The translations under genes were made by a program, and so were the position numbers. A stretch of DNA of 63,709 nt, the filler included, from Choristocarpus tenellus KU-1152 (taxonomy: Eukaryota; Protista; Phaeophyceae), in assembly GCA_964200185.2 (NCBI GenBank). It is 8 parts of 8 records of this genome, joined end to end, with 100 filler letters (N's around TTAATTAATTAA, not from the genome) between each part and the next. Parts side by side here need not be neighbours in the genome. Positions count along the whole stretch, not along the records: positions 50,332 to 53,410 come from CAXNAD020022468.1; positions 53,511 to 57,020 come from CAXNAD020019541.1; positions 57,121 to 63,709 come from CAXNAD020007805.1; 5 more parts are not named here. The stretch is one strand, 5' to 3'. Below, piece after piece: positions 50,512 to 63,709 of this stretch. Each line of letters begins with the position of its first letter. The stretch's first letter is position 1. Below the pieces are notes generated by a model. That model did no database searches. It saw only the letters and a list, made by a program, of their open reading frames with translations, and was not told where the DNA came from.

Positions 50512-53301
50512 TATTGTGAGACCATTCATTGTCCACTTCACGTTTGTCTTAGTCCTTTCTATATCTCAATAAAATCTTAAAGTGAATTATCAAAGTGAAA
50601 GATCCAGCATATTTTATTATGTTTCCATTTTTGGCGCAGTCTGCGAGGCTCGTCATTAACCTAAAGGATTGAGAGTAGGAGCTACATATCTCACATGGTA
50701 AGGTGTGGAAGCATTTTATATTAACAGTACGTGATATAGAATACCCAATGGCAACAAGAGGATAATAAACAGAGTGCAGGATGAGGAATCATTTAACTCA
50801 TAATAAACCAGTGGTTGAGGATGGCTGACACGGAACATCAATTTACAACAGCAATACTAATAGCAGTAATATAGTAGTAATAGTGTAGTGTTGCATGTAG
50901 GTAGTTGCCACCATCATATATGCTGACGAGGTCAGGTCCTCATGTAGAAGCTTATTCGGCAATTGATTGTGAGTGTGGAAAGTGCACATGGGACATGCAT
51001 GCTCTGACAGCAGGAAAATCTGGACAGTCTTTTTGATCCCTCTGAACCTGCGAGCTAGAAAATTTGACCGTCCTTACCTATTGTTTATATGTAGACAGAT
51101 TATGGTTGCTGAGCCACGGCATGAGGGGAGACACTTCCCAACAACAATACAGATCAAAGCAAGGCAATCACCAAACTCCTTCTTGAGTCACTTTACTGAA
51201 GTTAGTTCCTTGAGAAAACCAGACAGGCCGACAATACAATTGCCAAGAGGCATGAGAATGGCAGGTAGAACATATATGTATGCATGGACTGGGAGATTTC
51301 TTCAAGTCGCATCAACCACATCTATGATGAGGTAAAGCGTTGTTGCATCCCTCACAGACAACCCTCCTCACAGATGATGGATGCAAAAATAAATCTGACA
51401 AATTAACATCACATCTGAAGGGCATCCAAAACAAGATTTCTGAATGCATTCCTTCTGGTCTTGAGCTGGTGCATCGCGATAATAACTCCAGGCATAGCAG
51501 CATCGATTTCATGCAGTGCAGAAGTTTCCGAAGGGGTGGACCAATGGTCAAGGAATGGGGGCAGGGCAGGGCTGGTGAAGAAGAGGGTTGTGGTGGGATG
51601 TTTCCTTGATGGTGGTGAAGGTGGGGCTTGAACTGTGTGAGGGACTATGGCGTTATTGAAGCCTGAATGAGTACGGCTGCATGTTTGTGGCCATCAATGA
51701 TACTGTTTGAAGATTTATGCAGTCACTTCAGACTTGTTGTATGAGAGTTGGTTGATTAAACGTGCGGTTGAGTCCTTCTACGTTCGAACCAATTCCCAGG
51801 AAACCCTTAGGGACCAGAGCAGCACGTGGCTTTCAAACTAACCCTGGTCACTGAGTTCTTGTTCTTAACTTAGATTTGAAGAGTAACAACCCGACATCTA
51901 AAGTTTCAATGATAGGGTTTTCGCTTTACAGATGGGGATACGAATGCTGAAGTGAAGGTCGGGGTCTCACAGAGTCGCACGATGTGAGCTGTCATGACCC
52001 TCCTTCATAAAAAAAATATAGTTCCACTAGGTACCAGAGTCTCCGAATACTTAATTGTCTACCATGGATAAGATCAATATACTTTCGACCTGTGATACAA
52101 TATGTTGTAATACAAACTTGTCTTACTTGAGGGATATAGTGGACTGTCTACTACAAAAGAAATAGATGATACTACAGAAAAAAGTATAATACGTGGTCGG
52201 AGGTTTAGACAGAACCTTTGTATTGTCCTTATGCTTTCTTACGACGTTCAAGGGTTGACTCGTACGTCACCTTCTATTTAATAGTTCATGTCTGAAGAGT
52301 CAAACCAACCCAGGTAGGCAGGGTTTCACTTCAAGGATCCCGAGAAAGGGACAAAATATAGCTTTTTTTACAATTGCTAAGAGCCTTTGCTGAATTGTTG
52401 TGTCAATTGTGTGTGGAAAGGGAGAATAACAATTTTGCGTAGTTGAATGTGGACATAAAGGAATGAAATAAAGTATACTACACAGAGTAAGAAAGATGAC
52501 TTAGAATGCAAAAAGGATCCAAACCTGCGTACCTCTAAATTGTTTTGTCTCTGGAATCAAAGGAGGAGGTTAATATAAACACATTCCAAGAAATATGTAG
52601 CACCAAATTTGTTAAGTAACTATAGCTAAGATGAGAGAAACGTATTATATGGTGCTTTCAGTTGATGATATTTCGTAGTATGATACACATAAGTTATTAT
52701 CGAACCTAATTTCAGTTTAAAATAGCTTAGGGTAGCAAGGGAAAATGTTAGAATGATGTACACCTTGAAACAAAATATTGTGACCAATAAATTGAACACA
52801 ACAATGTACTGAGTAAAATATATCAACGATAGGAAAATATTGCACATCTTGTCTATACTAACATTTAGAACATACTGAATAGAAAGCAACGATAACATGA
52901 GGGAAGGATGAGAAGATGAATTGTGATAATTTAGTAGGATAATCAAACAAGTAATCCAGAGTACTTTTCTGTTAAAAAAAAAAAAACCTGAGCAAGATAC
53001 AGTTTGCGTGGTCCTGACAGTGTGAGGGGGTAAGAAAGAAGACACCAGGTCCTCAGATAGGGTACATTGAAGGTGGAAGGGAACGGTTAGTTAAGGGTCA
53101 GTCGGGTCAGGAGCAGACCTGAAGAGCACCCAAGGTAAAGGGATAGTGGTGCATAGTACCCCACTTGTTGTGTTACCACAGAGGGAGAATAATTGGGTAA
53201 GAGCTCCTTGGCATTGTGATAATGCCCTTCCATGTTCAAGTGGAGGAACTCCTGTGCGGTCATTCAAGAAGTGGACTTATCCTTCTTAATGTGTTGCAAA
53301 G

Positions 53302-53410
53302 GAGTGAAAGTATCTTAGAGGGTACGAGTTTTGCCCTGTTTGTCCATTTGAGGCTTGGCTTCTCTTGGGGGTTTTCATCACATTTTTCTACTCCAAAATG
53401 TTTAGGAGTA
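53302..53410 (-). mobile_element. MITE family A, cut by assembly gap
   Basis: GAGTGAAAGTATCTTAGAGGGTACGAG running into the N-run. Confidence 0.85.
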
Positions 53411-54264
53411 NNNNNNNNNNNNNNNNNNNNNNNNNNNNNNNNNNNNNNNNNNNNTTAATTAATTAANNNNNNNNNNNNNNNNNNNNNNNNNNNNNNNNNN
53501 NNNNNNNNNNGGGGGGGGTTCTGGGCAGTTTGTGCAGTGGAGAGTTGTCGGTGGGCAGTGTTGTATGAACTAGAGGTATTTTAGTGCCTTATGTTGTGAA
53601 GTCCTGGTTAAGATTTGCCGTTGGTGTTTGTTTACTCTACCTCTACCGTGTTGTGTGTGAGGCTTCAGCTATACCTTTCACATTACCTTTTGGATTGGTT
53701 GTTTGGTGTGTATGGAAGAGTTGGTTTGCCGGTCATAGTAATTTTGAATTTTTTTAATGGCCCTGAGTCTTAGTGTCTACAACACACTTGTTTTTCACTT
53801 AGGGTTGGGGGGTGGGGTTGAGTTCATAGTGGTGTGAAAAGAGATTAATTCTTGCTAGAATACTCCAGAAAGGGGCATCCTCTTGATGAATGCAGCTCTA
53901 AGATCTAGCTGGGATGTTGGGTGTTGATTTGAGATCAGCAGTGCCCTTCAGTCCCAAATGCTTAGAGCGACAGAAACGAGATGGTTGAAACCGCCTTCAG
54001 GGGGTGTAATCACTCAACGACTCCTCGCTATCCCAGTTTTGAAGTGCTCAAAAGGGGTACAATGCTCATCCTTGGGACGTTGGATCTCGCACATGTGTTC
54101 CTCTGTTGCTGCGCTTTCCCCTCTGGGCGTGTCTCTTGTGGTGTGTTGGTTCCCTGTAAGTTGGTGAGCAATGCGGCATTGAGCGGCATTGCAGTGTGTT
54201 AAGGCTATGCTGAAGAGTGAACTTTGAAAGTGTCTTTGTTTACCTGTGTTCGCAACCCCTTCAG

Positions 54265-57020
54265 GTTGTGGAATATATTCTCAAGAAGAGATATGTGAAG
54301 CTCATAGCTACAGGCCTTGAGCACGGTGAGTGCCTTCGCCGCTGATGATTATTTCAGTGCACCCTTCCTCCTTTTGCCAGTGCTCTTGCTGCTTTGTTCA
54401 TTATTCAACCAGCTTGACTGCCGTGAGAGGGACCGTCTGTAGTGACCAGAGTGTAGTGATGTCGGTAGGTTTTGTAGTAAACAGTTCAAGGTTTGTTGAA
54501 ACTGCAATTGTGGGCGAGGAAGGCTTTGTAGTAGTAGTAGTAGTAATGTGGCATGGAATAAAATATAGTTTGAAGATGCAGTTTGAAGATGGCACAATTT
54601 AGTGTCGCTATTTGTGCCACAAGATCAGTTCTGGGTGGATTCATGGGATTGTGGATTATGTATCCATGTGCTGATCGATTGGAAGCCATACTCACTGTGC
54701 AGGTCCATAGGAGGCCCATTTGTGGCTTTCTCAAACGTGCGGGTTGTGTGCATGATATTCTGTGTAGGTCTTGAGGAGCAAACTGGGTGAACAATGTTGG
54801 GCTGATTTAGCCCCTTGGTTACCCTTACATCCAAAGCGACACCTTTTCCTGCCTTGAGAATACAGTGAAACGGATAGTGGTATGCCCTGTGACCTCAAGT
54901 CATCTCAACTCTAGCCCCTCCATACACTCACACACACACAATGAGATGCATGACTGTCTTGTGGCATATGGTATACTTTTACCTCTGTTGTGTTCCACCC
55001 AGGTCGCCCTGGGTTCACTCGCTACCAGGAAAGGCGTTTCCATCAGAGCATGAATCTCACTCGCAGGTAAAGTGGGGTGATTGAGGTAGTGCTCCTAGAG
55101 CACAGGCAGGTAGATGTCAGAGTGATGAGTGTTGATAGCAATTGTAGTGACCTGCTGGGAGTTGCGTGTGGAATAATTTTGTTATCCTTGTTGTGAATCC
55201 CCTTTCAACTTCTTGTCTTACCCCCCACTCACTCTCTCTTCAAGCCTTTCAGTACTTGAGAGTGTCTATTTATTTTTTCGCCATCATGAACCGGGATGAA
55301 CCTTTATTCCAAAATATATATCTGAGTACGCCCAACCCACACACCCCTTTCAACCATTCTCACCTCGGTTGTTTAGGGGTTTTCCCTCTCCTGTGTGAGC
55401 ATTAAACACCTAGCTTTGCTTACTATAGATGGTTTAACTTATTATATCGGAGTACGGTGTTGTCTACCTCCTGCTGTTCTTACCTTTCAAAACGATCTGC
55501 CCCTGCCCCCCCTCTTCATTATGTCCAATACACTCAGGTTCTACCCGCATGTACACAACATGGACGGCTTCTTCGTGGCTAAGCTTAAGAAGTTTGCTCC
55601 CGGAGAGAGAACCACATCTGCAAGTGGAATGGAGGCAATCAATGCGCCCGAATCGGTAGAAGCAGCGGTAGAACAGGGAAAACAGCTTGATGACATGTGA
55701 GCACCTGGAGATTTCGTTCTTCACTTTATGCCTACACTTTGGTGCACAGATTAGTTGCGGAGACTGACGGGACTGGCGAAGAGATGGTGCGGGACGAATG
55801 TTTGTCTAGTTGTAGTCTAGAGTGATTGACAACAAGAACAAGAGGACTTTCTGCTCAAGTTTGTTTTTCAGCGATAATCAGTGGGGTTATGCATTTTTGT
55901 TGTTCTTAAGACCTGTGCAGGTGTTTTTTTTGTGTCGGTGCTGAATGTTTCCTTCAGTCTCTGCCCCTTAACCCTAAGTCTGAAGTTGATGCGGTCTTTG
56001 CTGGAGCATGCAAAATGAGAGTGACAGTTACAGTTGCAGTGAAGGTGGGGGTACAAAAGTGCTTCCGATCTCTCAAGACCAAGCTGTAGGAGTAGGGAGT
56101 GATGTTTGAGCATAGCTAACTGTGTTTTGGTTTTGCTGGTTGCTTTGCTTTGCATCACTGCTCTGTAAGATCGACTCCCAGTCAGATTGCATCGCAAGTA
56201 ATTCCACACCCGAAAGGATCATCAAGCCCTGAAAAACCGGATTTGATTGCGCTCACTCTCCTTACCTCCTCTCATGCACTCGCTTGTGTTGTGCCTTGGT
56301 TTGGTTTGCTTTACTGTGCATGACAGTGACGAAGACAGTGGAGATGATGGTGAGGATGCTAAGAAGAAAAGAAAGAGGCATAAGAAGGAGGCTAGGAGGG
56401 ATGCCAAGGTCAAGGCAAAGGCACAGGATATGGTGAATGCAGAGGTGAGAACCTGTAGATGGAGTGGAGGGAGAATATCGTAGCTGTTGTGACGATGTAG
56501 GAATGTTTTCGTGTCAAGTCCTGAGTTAGTGGATTTTGTCTGATAGTGATGTGTAGCCATTGCTGCTTTTTTCTGGTACTGGAAAGGTATGGCAAAAGCA
56601 ATGTTGCTGGCTTTGTTAAGGAAGGATTTGTGGGGTACTTCCTATGGGTGATGATATGTCTTGCCTGCTTTCCTTTGATGAGTTTCTGGTGTGTAGTGTA
56701 TTTTATTGATCGATTTTTGAACAAGAAACCATTTGGTTTATTGTATTGTTGTATGCAATGGTCTATTGATGTAACCAAATATTTGGATTGTTTTTGTGTT
56801 GGTCAGGTGGAGGAAGTGTGCAGCAGCGATGAGGGTGAAGGTAATGCCATGGAGGAGGAAGAGGAGGAGCAACCTCCTTCAGCCAAGAGAGTCAAGGATG
56901 CCATCAGCAAACCTAGTTCAGATGGTGGTGGCAGGGTATTTCGAAACGGCAGGGGGGGAGGTCGTATGAGAGGAAGTGGGAAAGGGCAGAGGGGTGATGC
57001 AGGTCAAGAACGGGGAGGGG
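54265..57020 (+). CDS. NOP2: NOP2/NSUN1 rRNA m5C methyltransferase, 3' exons (partial)
   Basis: Phase-compatible exons 54265-54325 (VVEYILKKRYVKLIATGLEH), 55003-55066 (GRPGFTRYQERRFHQSMNLTR), 55538-55696 (RFYPHVHNMDGFFVAKLKK, Nop2 signature), 56327-56444 (acidic/basic NLS-like) and 56807 to the gap (acidic plus RGG tail). Confidence 0.92.
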
Positions 57021-58599
57021 NNNNNNNNNNNNNNNNNNNNNNNNNNNNNNNNNNNNNNNNNNNNTTAATTAATTAANNNNNNNNNNNNNNNNNNNNNNNN
57101 NNNNNNNNNNNNNNNNNNNNCCCCCCACACCCCCGCCCCCACCCCACATACAGTACAGGAAAAAAAAGAAAAAAGCAAGAGGAAAGGGTGCGGTGGGATG
57201 CAAAAACATTTTCTTCATTGTAGAGATTTCAAAACAAATAAATAAACAAATACATTCACACAAAAAAACTACAAGCATACATATTCTTGTATACATTCAA
57301 CTCCTAAACCACACACAACAGTTTCATTTTATTTTATTTCAAAATATCACTTTTTTTATTCACACACAGGAACTGAGGTCTTGGACAGGCTTCTATGAAA
57401 AAAAAAGTAGACCTAGAAAAAGTAAAAAATATGTATTTTTTTAAAGAACTCGTCCGTTTTTAACCGTCACTTTTTGTTCACAAATTCCAGGAGTTTGTAG
57501 AGATCAGAATTTCCTTCAGAATAAATAGACTCGCCGTCCACCACTCTTTTCTCAGACACAATCAGTCAAAAAATCAGCACATTCAGAGGTAACCTTTCAC
57601 AGCTCTGGGCAGAGGGGTAAGATGGAAGCCACTCTTTTCAAATCCTGTGTGCAGTACAATCACATTATATATATCATGGAACCTGAAGAGGCTCTTCACT
57701 CACATCTCCACATCAGGAAAGGGAGACCACAAACCCTCCACACATATATCCTCAGACTTTGTAATCCCCATTCCCTGTAGTCGAGATCTCGGTAAAGAAC
57801 CTCTCCAATACCCACACTACCATTCAATTATACACTGCACACAGGGACTGAGAGAGGATTCCACATTCGCCTCCTCCCCACAGAGTTGTGAAAAGCCGTC
57901 TCTACACAGGCTGATAGGTTGACTGATCTGACTTGAGAAAAAAAGTTAATATAAAGGGTTAGTCTATTCCAACAAAAAAATGCTCTCTCTACAAACAAAC
58001 TATCCAGAGAAATCTCCTTCTCCAGCAGAATCAATCATCCATTCCCAAGGCCTCCTCTGCACCACAAGGTAAATTTCGGCAGCACCAAGCCTGAGGTGAG
58101 GACCCACTTTGGTGGCCTTAAGTGCTATTGCTGTCTGAAGGCCCCGGCGCATTCCAACATCGTTCAGAGGTATCAGCTGACGCTACCATTTCTTCAACTC
58201 CTTCACTGGAGCACCAGACACCTCTGGAGAAAGCTGACCCCCTTACAAGACAGATTCCTAAAGAGAAAAAGTAATCCACTTTTCTAGAGTTATAAAATTC
58301 GTTCTTAGCAATAAAAAAAAAAGGAGTGGAACCACTGACGAGGGTGGTTGATTTCAATCCTTTCTACTCATTGTTCAAAACTTTTGAACCTCCAGAAAGA
58401 AAACGCCATACCCATGCCTGAATAACATCATTTTCAAAGCCACAGGGGTGTAGAAGAAAAGTCTAGTTGGGAACACATTGTTAAGACGTAAGCACCACGC
58501 CTATTAGGGCACAACACACATGTACCACGAGGGAGTTATAGATACCCTAACCCTACCTACTCAACACATCTCTCTTAGATGGTAGAACAAGATCAATAT

Positions 58600-58756
58600 G
58601 ATAATATTAACAATAATAATAATAATATTAACGATAATAATGATAGTAGCAATAATAATAATATTAACAATAATAGTCATAGTAAAAAATAATGTTAATA
58701 ATATTAACAATGAATATAAACAATAATAATAGTAAAAATAATACAAAAAATAACAA
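58600..58756 (+). repeat. Degenerate (AAT)n microsatellite
   Basis: Read directly from the sequence. Confidence 0.85.
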
Positions 58757-59757
58757 TCGGATCTGAAAAATACTCTATCAACAATACTTGAACATTGTCA
58801 ACTAATCTCTGACAAAACCGTAACATTTGTGTTCTGCTTTTAAAAAACGAAATCACTACTAGACAAGACCATAAACATTTTCACGTATCTTCACAAATAT
58901 CCAACTTCATTAACAGTACTACTATTATATATACAATAAAAAAATTTAACTTACTGTGAAAAAATCATTCAACTCCATTGAGACACCAAATAACACACAG
59001 CAAATACCCCTGACCTACTACAACCTTTACATACAACCAAAACCCCACCTCCGTTTCACCCAACAAGGGTACATCATAGAGACACCACCTACAATGATGT
59101 TCTCTCCATGCACCTCACAAGGATAGTGTGTAATAATTTATCTCTTTTTAACTTCCTCCGTGTGCAAGTAAATAAATTTAAATTTCCACGACAGGAACGG
59201 ACCTAAAAGAAAGAACAGAAAAGGATCATTGTTTTAAAATTAAAAATCCTACGATTAGAACCGGAATGGAAAAATCGTATAAAATCGAAAGTGGCGCACA
59301 CACTCCCATAAACTAAAAAAAAGTAGTGACAAAAAAGAGATTCTTACGTACCCTCTATTGTAAAAAAATGTCCACACCTACAACAAGCTGACATTGGAAA
59401 AAAAATAGGTATTGAAAAGGAATCGTGTTTAGATTAGAATATCTATGCATAGTCTAGTCAAAAAAAGCACATAAACTCATCAAAAAAAAAAATTGAGACA
59501 CATCACTTTGACCTGGCTCCAAAGAGTCGAAGTAACAGATATGGTTGTACTACAAGGACACTCCAGACTTCAAGATACTAAACCAAATCTCAGCATTTTA
59601 AAGCACAATCATTGCCTAAATTCTTTAGGAGAACAGGAGGGAGGAGAAGGAGAAAGGAAGACATACGTTTAATAGTACAAAAAATAAAAAATAATAATAA
59701 AAAACAACAAAATTGATTAACTTGAACCATAGAAACTATATACCAGTCTTCAGGTAC

Positions 59758-59966
59758 TGTACTCTCATTATAATATTATTCTTTCTTAGATTAATTATTT
59801 GCTGTACTCTCATTATATTATTATTTTCTTATGTTAATTATTTTATGTACTCTCATTATTTTAAAACTTTTCTTAGATTAATTATTTGCCGTACTCTCAT
59901 TATATAATTATTTTTCCTTAACTTAATTTTTTGCTTTACTCCCATCACATTATTTTTATTTTTTAA
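59758..59966 (+). repeat. AT-rich minisatellite, ~44-bp unit, 4-5 copies
   Basis: Unit TGTACTCTCATTAT...TTTCTTAGATTAATTATTTGC; the last copy is decayed. Confidence 0.85.
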
Positions 59967-62418
59967 GTTGATCAATTATTCTGTCCCATCTTATCTATTT
60001 TCCTCTCCTTTCATTTTCGTCCCATGAAAGCCCCATAATACTGCATAACCATCAAAGACACAATCAACAAACAAAAAAAATCAACCAAAAACACTCTTTC
60101 CACCTTTTCATCAATTACTCACAAAACAGCACGTCCATCATAAGACACAATCAAACACAACCTCACAACAGAGTAAAAAATGTATTAAAAAAAATGAACT
60201 ATTCCCTACGCTATGCCCCTTGCTTTCTTCATGTTATCATCAACAACAAAAAATCCCACATAAATTTACAACAAAAAATGCCAATAAAAACATAAATGTC
60301 TGTACACCAACCAACCCAGAGGTGCACTCGGTTGCATTGGAAGGATCGACAGAAGCAACCTAAAGGCAGTTTTATTACACATTAGAAAAATAACCTTTGC
60401 TCAAATGCACTAAATCTCATGTTTGTCAGACTCTCTTCTGCTGTAATACCTTACTTTTGAGGGGGGGAGGGGGGGGAGTTCTATCATGGTGTATTGAACA
60501 GTATAAAAATTAATAACATACATAACCTCCTCAACCTCAACCTCAACCCTAAATCCATACGCCTCTCAGAAAATCGCGAATGAAAAACATTTTTTTTTAA
60601 TTGCAAAGAGAAAATAATAATTCGAAATAGATTGAAGACACTACAAAGACTGACAGGTTCATCTCACAGAGGGGAGAAACACAACCATTTCACTAGGAAC
60701 GCCATACAAGCACAACCTCATTACCACCTAAAACAAACTGGCCATGAAAGACCAAGGTGATCAATTCTTCTGCTCGCCTGCCTTACAAATATCTGCTCTC
60801 ATAAAAACAATCTTCAAAACATATTAAAAAAAAGCATGTCCAGAGTTGCTCCATGCTCCACCCCATATGTCACCTTATACTAACCCTAACCCTTAACTAA
60901 ATGCCTTCGATGAAAACAATAAAGCTTACCCCAAGCTGGCTCTAATAACAAGCCCATGGAGTGGAGTAAGGGCAACCACTGAAACAACTAGCTGTTAGGG
61001 GTACAATAAATGCACTTGAATGAGGTTTGCACAACCAAACAGACCCAGGCATAACTCAGGAGTCACCATAGACAAGGAGACAACTGCTTGATACATTCTA
61101 TCAAGTGTTGCTCAGCCTTGGACAGGGCACTCTGTAATACTACTCCACAGACCCATATTACTACAGAGCACCCTGTCACCAAAGAAAAACATCATACTCC
61201 AGAGGTCGAATTGTGTGTGGAGGCCACTAAAGCATATGCTCCAAAACAAGAACGAGCCGTATGTATCGCCATACACCAGAAAGATAAGGTTCATCCATGA
61301 CCCCATCACTGCAGAGGGCATAAAAGTAGAGTTATCCATTCGCATTCAGCTGCTTCCAGTTAATCACAATTAACTGGTAATAAAGTAAATACTTAGAGAC
61401 TTGGCTACTCTGTACTATTCACACGAGCAGATGCCTCCGAGGGTTGTATTATCATACATTATGACACCTACGTACATGAAAGCAATAATAGAGTAGCCTC
61501 AAAATTATCACCTCTGGAGGGTCTCCTCAACACTTGGGAGGCCTAATTTCTCATGGCTATGTTGCTCATCAGCCATGCCCTATGTGCTAATGACCCAGAC
61601 AGCACCATCGGAACTAACCAGCTAAAGTTGAACTGAATACATCAGGAGGTCACAACTCATCTATTAACAGCTTCACAGGGGTAGTAGCTTATATCCTCCG
61701 TACCTTAACTTTATCACCATCACCAACAACTTTTTTTAATAAAAGTACACATCAAAATAGAATAAAATACTCAAAAAATTAAAACAAAATAAAAGGGTTT
61801 TTAAAAAACTCCTCGTAGCTGGTAGGTAGGTAGGTAGGTAGATAGATAGGTAGGCATCCCTTATGCCCCTAATAAAAAAACTAACCCGAACATTAAATCA
61901 TCAGAAACACACAAACTATCGTATCACTCCTTTTGCACAAAAGCACACCCACCTAGAAGGCGGTAACTGAACCGATACAACGCTACCAAAAAATCGAAAT
62001 ATTATTATTACTATTATTAAATGTGAGTACTAACAACTACGCCATACGCGCCCAGGAAGCCTCTACCAATAAAAACAAAAAAACAAAAAATCGCAAAACA
62101 CAGGCGCACGAGAAAACAAACAAAAACTCGCAGAATGCAGACGCACGAGAAAAAGCATATCAGTTGAATATGATTGAAACACTTACATCGCAACGTACAA
62201 TACGATTTCGGCAACACAAAAAATAAAATAATATACATCAAAATTAAAAAATCAAAATAAAATAAAATAAAACCATGACCATCAATCAAAACAGCGGAGA
62301 GTCAAAAGTCAAATAAGAAGAAATAGGTAGGACTTGTTCCGGCTGAATCAACCTGGACGAAGCCACTCGAAATGAACAAACACATTCGACTGTAAAAGGG
62401 AAGGAAGGAGTCACTTAC

Positions 62419-63709
62419 CAAGCCATAGCCCATCATGCTGGCTGGAAGCATCTCTGGAGTGGGGGGGCCAAGTCCCCCACCGTAGGGTGAGAGCGGCACT
62501 GACATCATAGACTGCGCCCTGGGACCAACAAGACAAGAGTTTTTGGAACAAAAAAAAAGAGTTCAAAATTTTGAACAAAGAGGTCACAACAAAAACATTA
62601 TTAAAAAAAAATTGAGATGTGCACAACATCAACAGTTCGGTAGAGTAATGCAAGCAATAAATAAGCGGCATGAAAAAAAAAATGTATAAAGTAGGGGAAA
62701 AAAAGAAGCAAATAAAAAGTGCGTTCAATTGAATGCGGGGGGGGGGGGGGGGGGGGGGGGAGTGGGGGGCGGCGGCTGGGCGGGGGGGGGGGGGTGGGGT
62801 AGGCGGATTGGATGGAACGACAGCAATCGACTGTTCAGGTACTAACATTAGAATAGATGGCTGAGTGATGATGTCATCAAAAATTTCAAGTTTTCTGGTG
62901 GAAACTAATAGCACAGCGAGAGGAAGAAAGCAAACGGAAGCAAAATCGGGGTGACTAGGGAGGGGCCTGGTTTGGCAGTGGCACCGAATACTTCAATTTA
63001 GGGCTATTGTGTCCAGCAAGGAATAGGGGTTAGGAAAATTCAACCAAGAAAGGAGTGATAGAGTGATAGAGTGATAGAGTGAGTATGGCAGACATTCGTT
63101 AAACATCCTGAATAAAGCCGAACACCTCCTACATCACCTCACTTCACTGCCTCACCAAATCCACACCCTCGAGCCTTGACCTCAACAAAAGGTGAAGATT
63201 CTCAATCCCCTAACATTGTATCTCCCTTAGTGCACACTGGTACTACTAGCATAAATCCGTGCCTCTCAAAAGTACAACATTCACTACCACACTAACAGAA
63301 CACTACAAGCCTGCAGCGCTGAAAAGGGCACAGGAACCACGAAACCAAACAAAGCTACCGCCACCAGTATCACAAAAAACATTCCACAATGAACCCCTCA
63401 ATGCATCCACCTCGCAGCATCCAGCATATGATGTTGTGGCTGCATTTGTGGCGAAAACACATAGTGGTGCATCCTACCCCCACCAACCCCACCACCACCA
63501 CCACCACCACCACCACCACCACCACCACCACCCCCACCCCCATACAGGAGCTGCTGCCCTTGCTTCTCCCCCCCACCTCCCCCACCCCCAAGAGAGAGGT
63601 TTCTCATAGAAGCATTAAAGGCAGCATCAACGCCTCCCCCACCCAGACCACCCCTTACCCCCTCCCCTCTCCGCCCTCCACCTCCCCAATGCCCCCCCTC
63701 CAGCATCCC
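62419..63709 (-). CDS. Partial gene for a Gly/Gln/His-rich low-complexity protein of unknown function
   Basis: An exon running from the window end to 63411 (DAAFNASMRNLSL...poly-Gly...MQPQHHMLDAAR, donor AG|GTGGAT) splices in phase to exon 62518-62419 (AQSMMSVPLSPYGGGLGPPTPEMLPASMMGYGL, donor GTAAGT). Confidence 0.6.
63489..63540 (+). repeat. (CAC)n microsatellite, encoding poly-Gly on the minus strand
   Basis: Read directly from the sequence. Confidence 0.9.

Noticed and set aside
53216-53458. Recurrent peptides ESILEGTSF / PLRYFHS / SKYLGGG / PPRYFEP in many small ORFs
   Set aside because: These are translations of MITE terminal repeats, not a protein family.
58561-58746. Hydrophobic 'membrane peptide' ORFs (also 59713-59907 and 52626-53045)
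   Set aside because: They are by-products of AT-rich or simple-repeat DNA.
59758-59966. CRISPR-like periodic array
   Set aside because: The whole unit is repeated with no unique spacers, no cas genes are present, and the context is eukaryotic. It is a minisatellite.
63259-63609. Poly-His ORF on the plus strand
   Set aside because: It is an alternative reading of the (CAC)n tract. Splice signals support the minus-strand poly-Gly frame.

Overview
This is eukaryotic draft-genome sequence, not prokaryotic. It consists of eight contigs joined by artificial 100-bp spacers (44 N + TTAATTAATTAA + 44 N), so adjacency across gaps is unproven. Short exons, long repeat-rich introns, TTAGGG repeats and a possible bipartite plastid-targeting presequence suggest a stramenopile alga, probably brown-algal-like (inference). 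By manual splicing I can reconstruct: (1) part of a KCNH/CNG-type K+ channel gene (S1 to pore, minus strand) with probable long low-complexity upstream exons; (2) the 5' part of an HDDC2-like HD hydrolase; (3) a complete divergently transcribed membrane RING-H2 E3 ligase with a PSI-like ectodomain; (4) the 3' exons of NOP2; (5) part of a Gly-rich gene. The rest is mostly transposon debris: a DD39D-type mariner transposase pseudogene, Ty3/gypsy, LINE-like and copia-like relics, a ~0.5-kb foldback element, and about 17 copies or fragments of four related MITE families with G-R-S-Y-S-AAAGTA termini. The most unusual signal is 15 short interstitial (CCCTAA)2-4 tracts in both orientations. Two MITE copies carry the same CCCTCTAA to CCCTAACCCTAA change, which suggests telomerase-templated micro-insertions acting genome-wide. 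No CRISPR array, rRNA or tRNA gene was seen. Most supplied ORFs are spurious.
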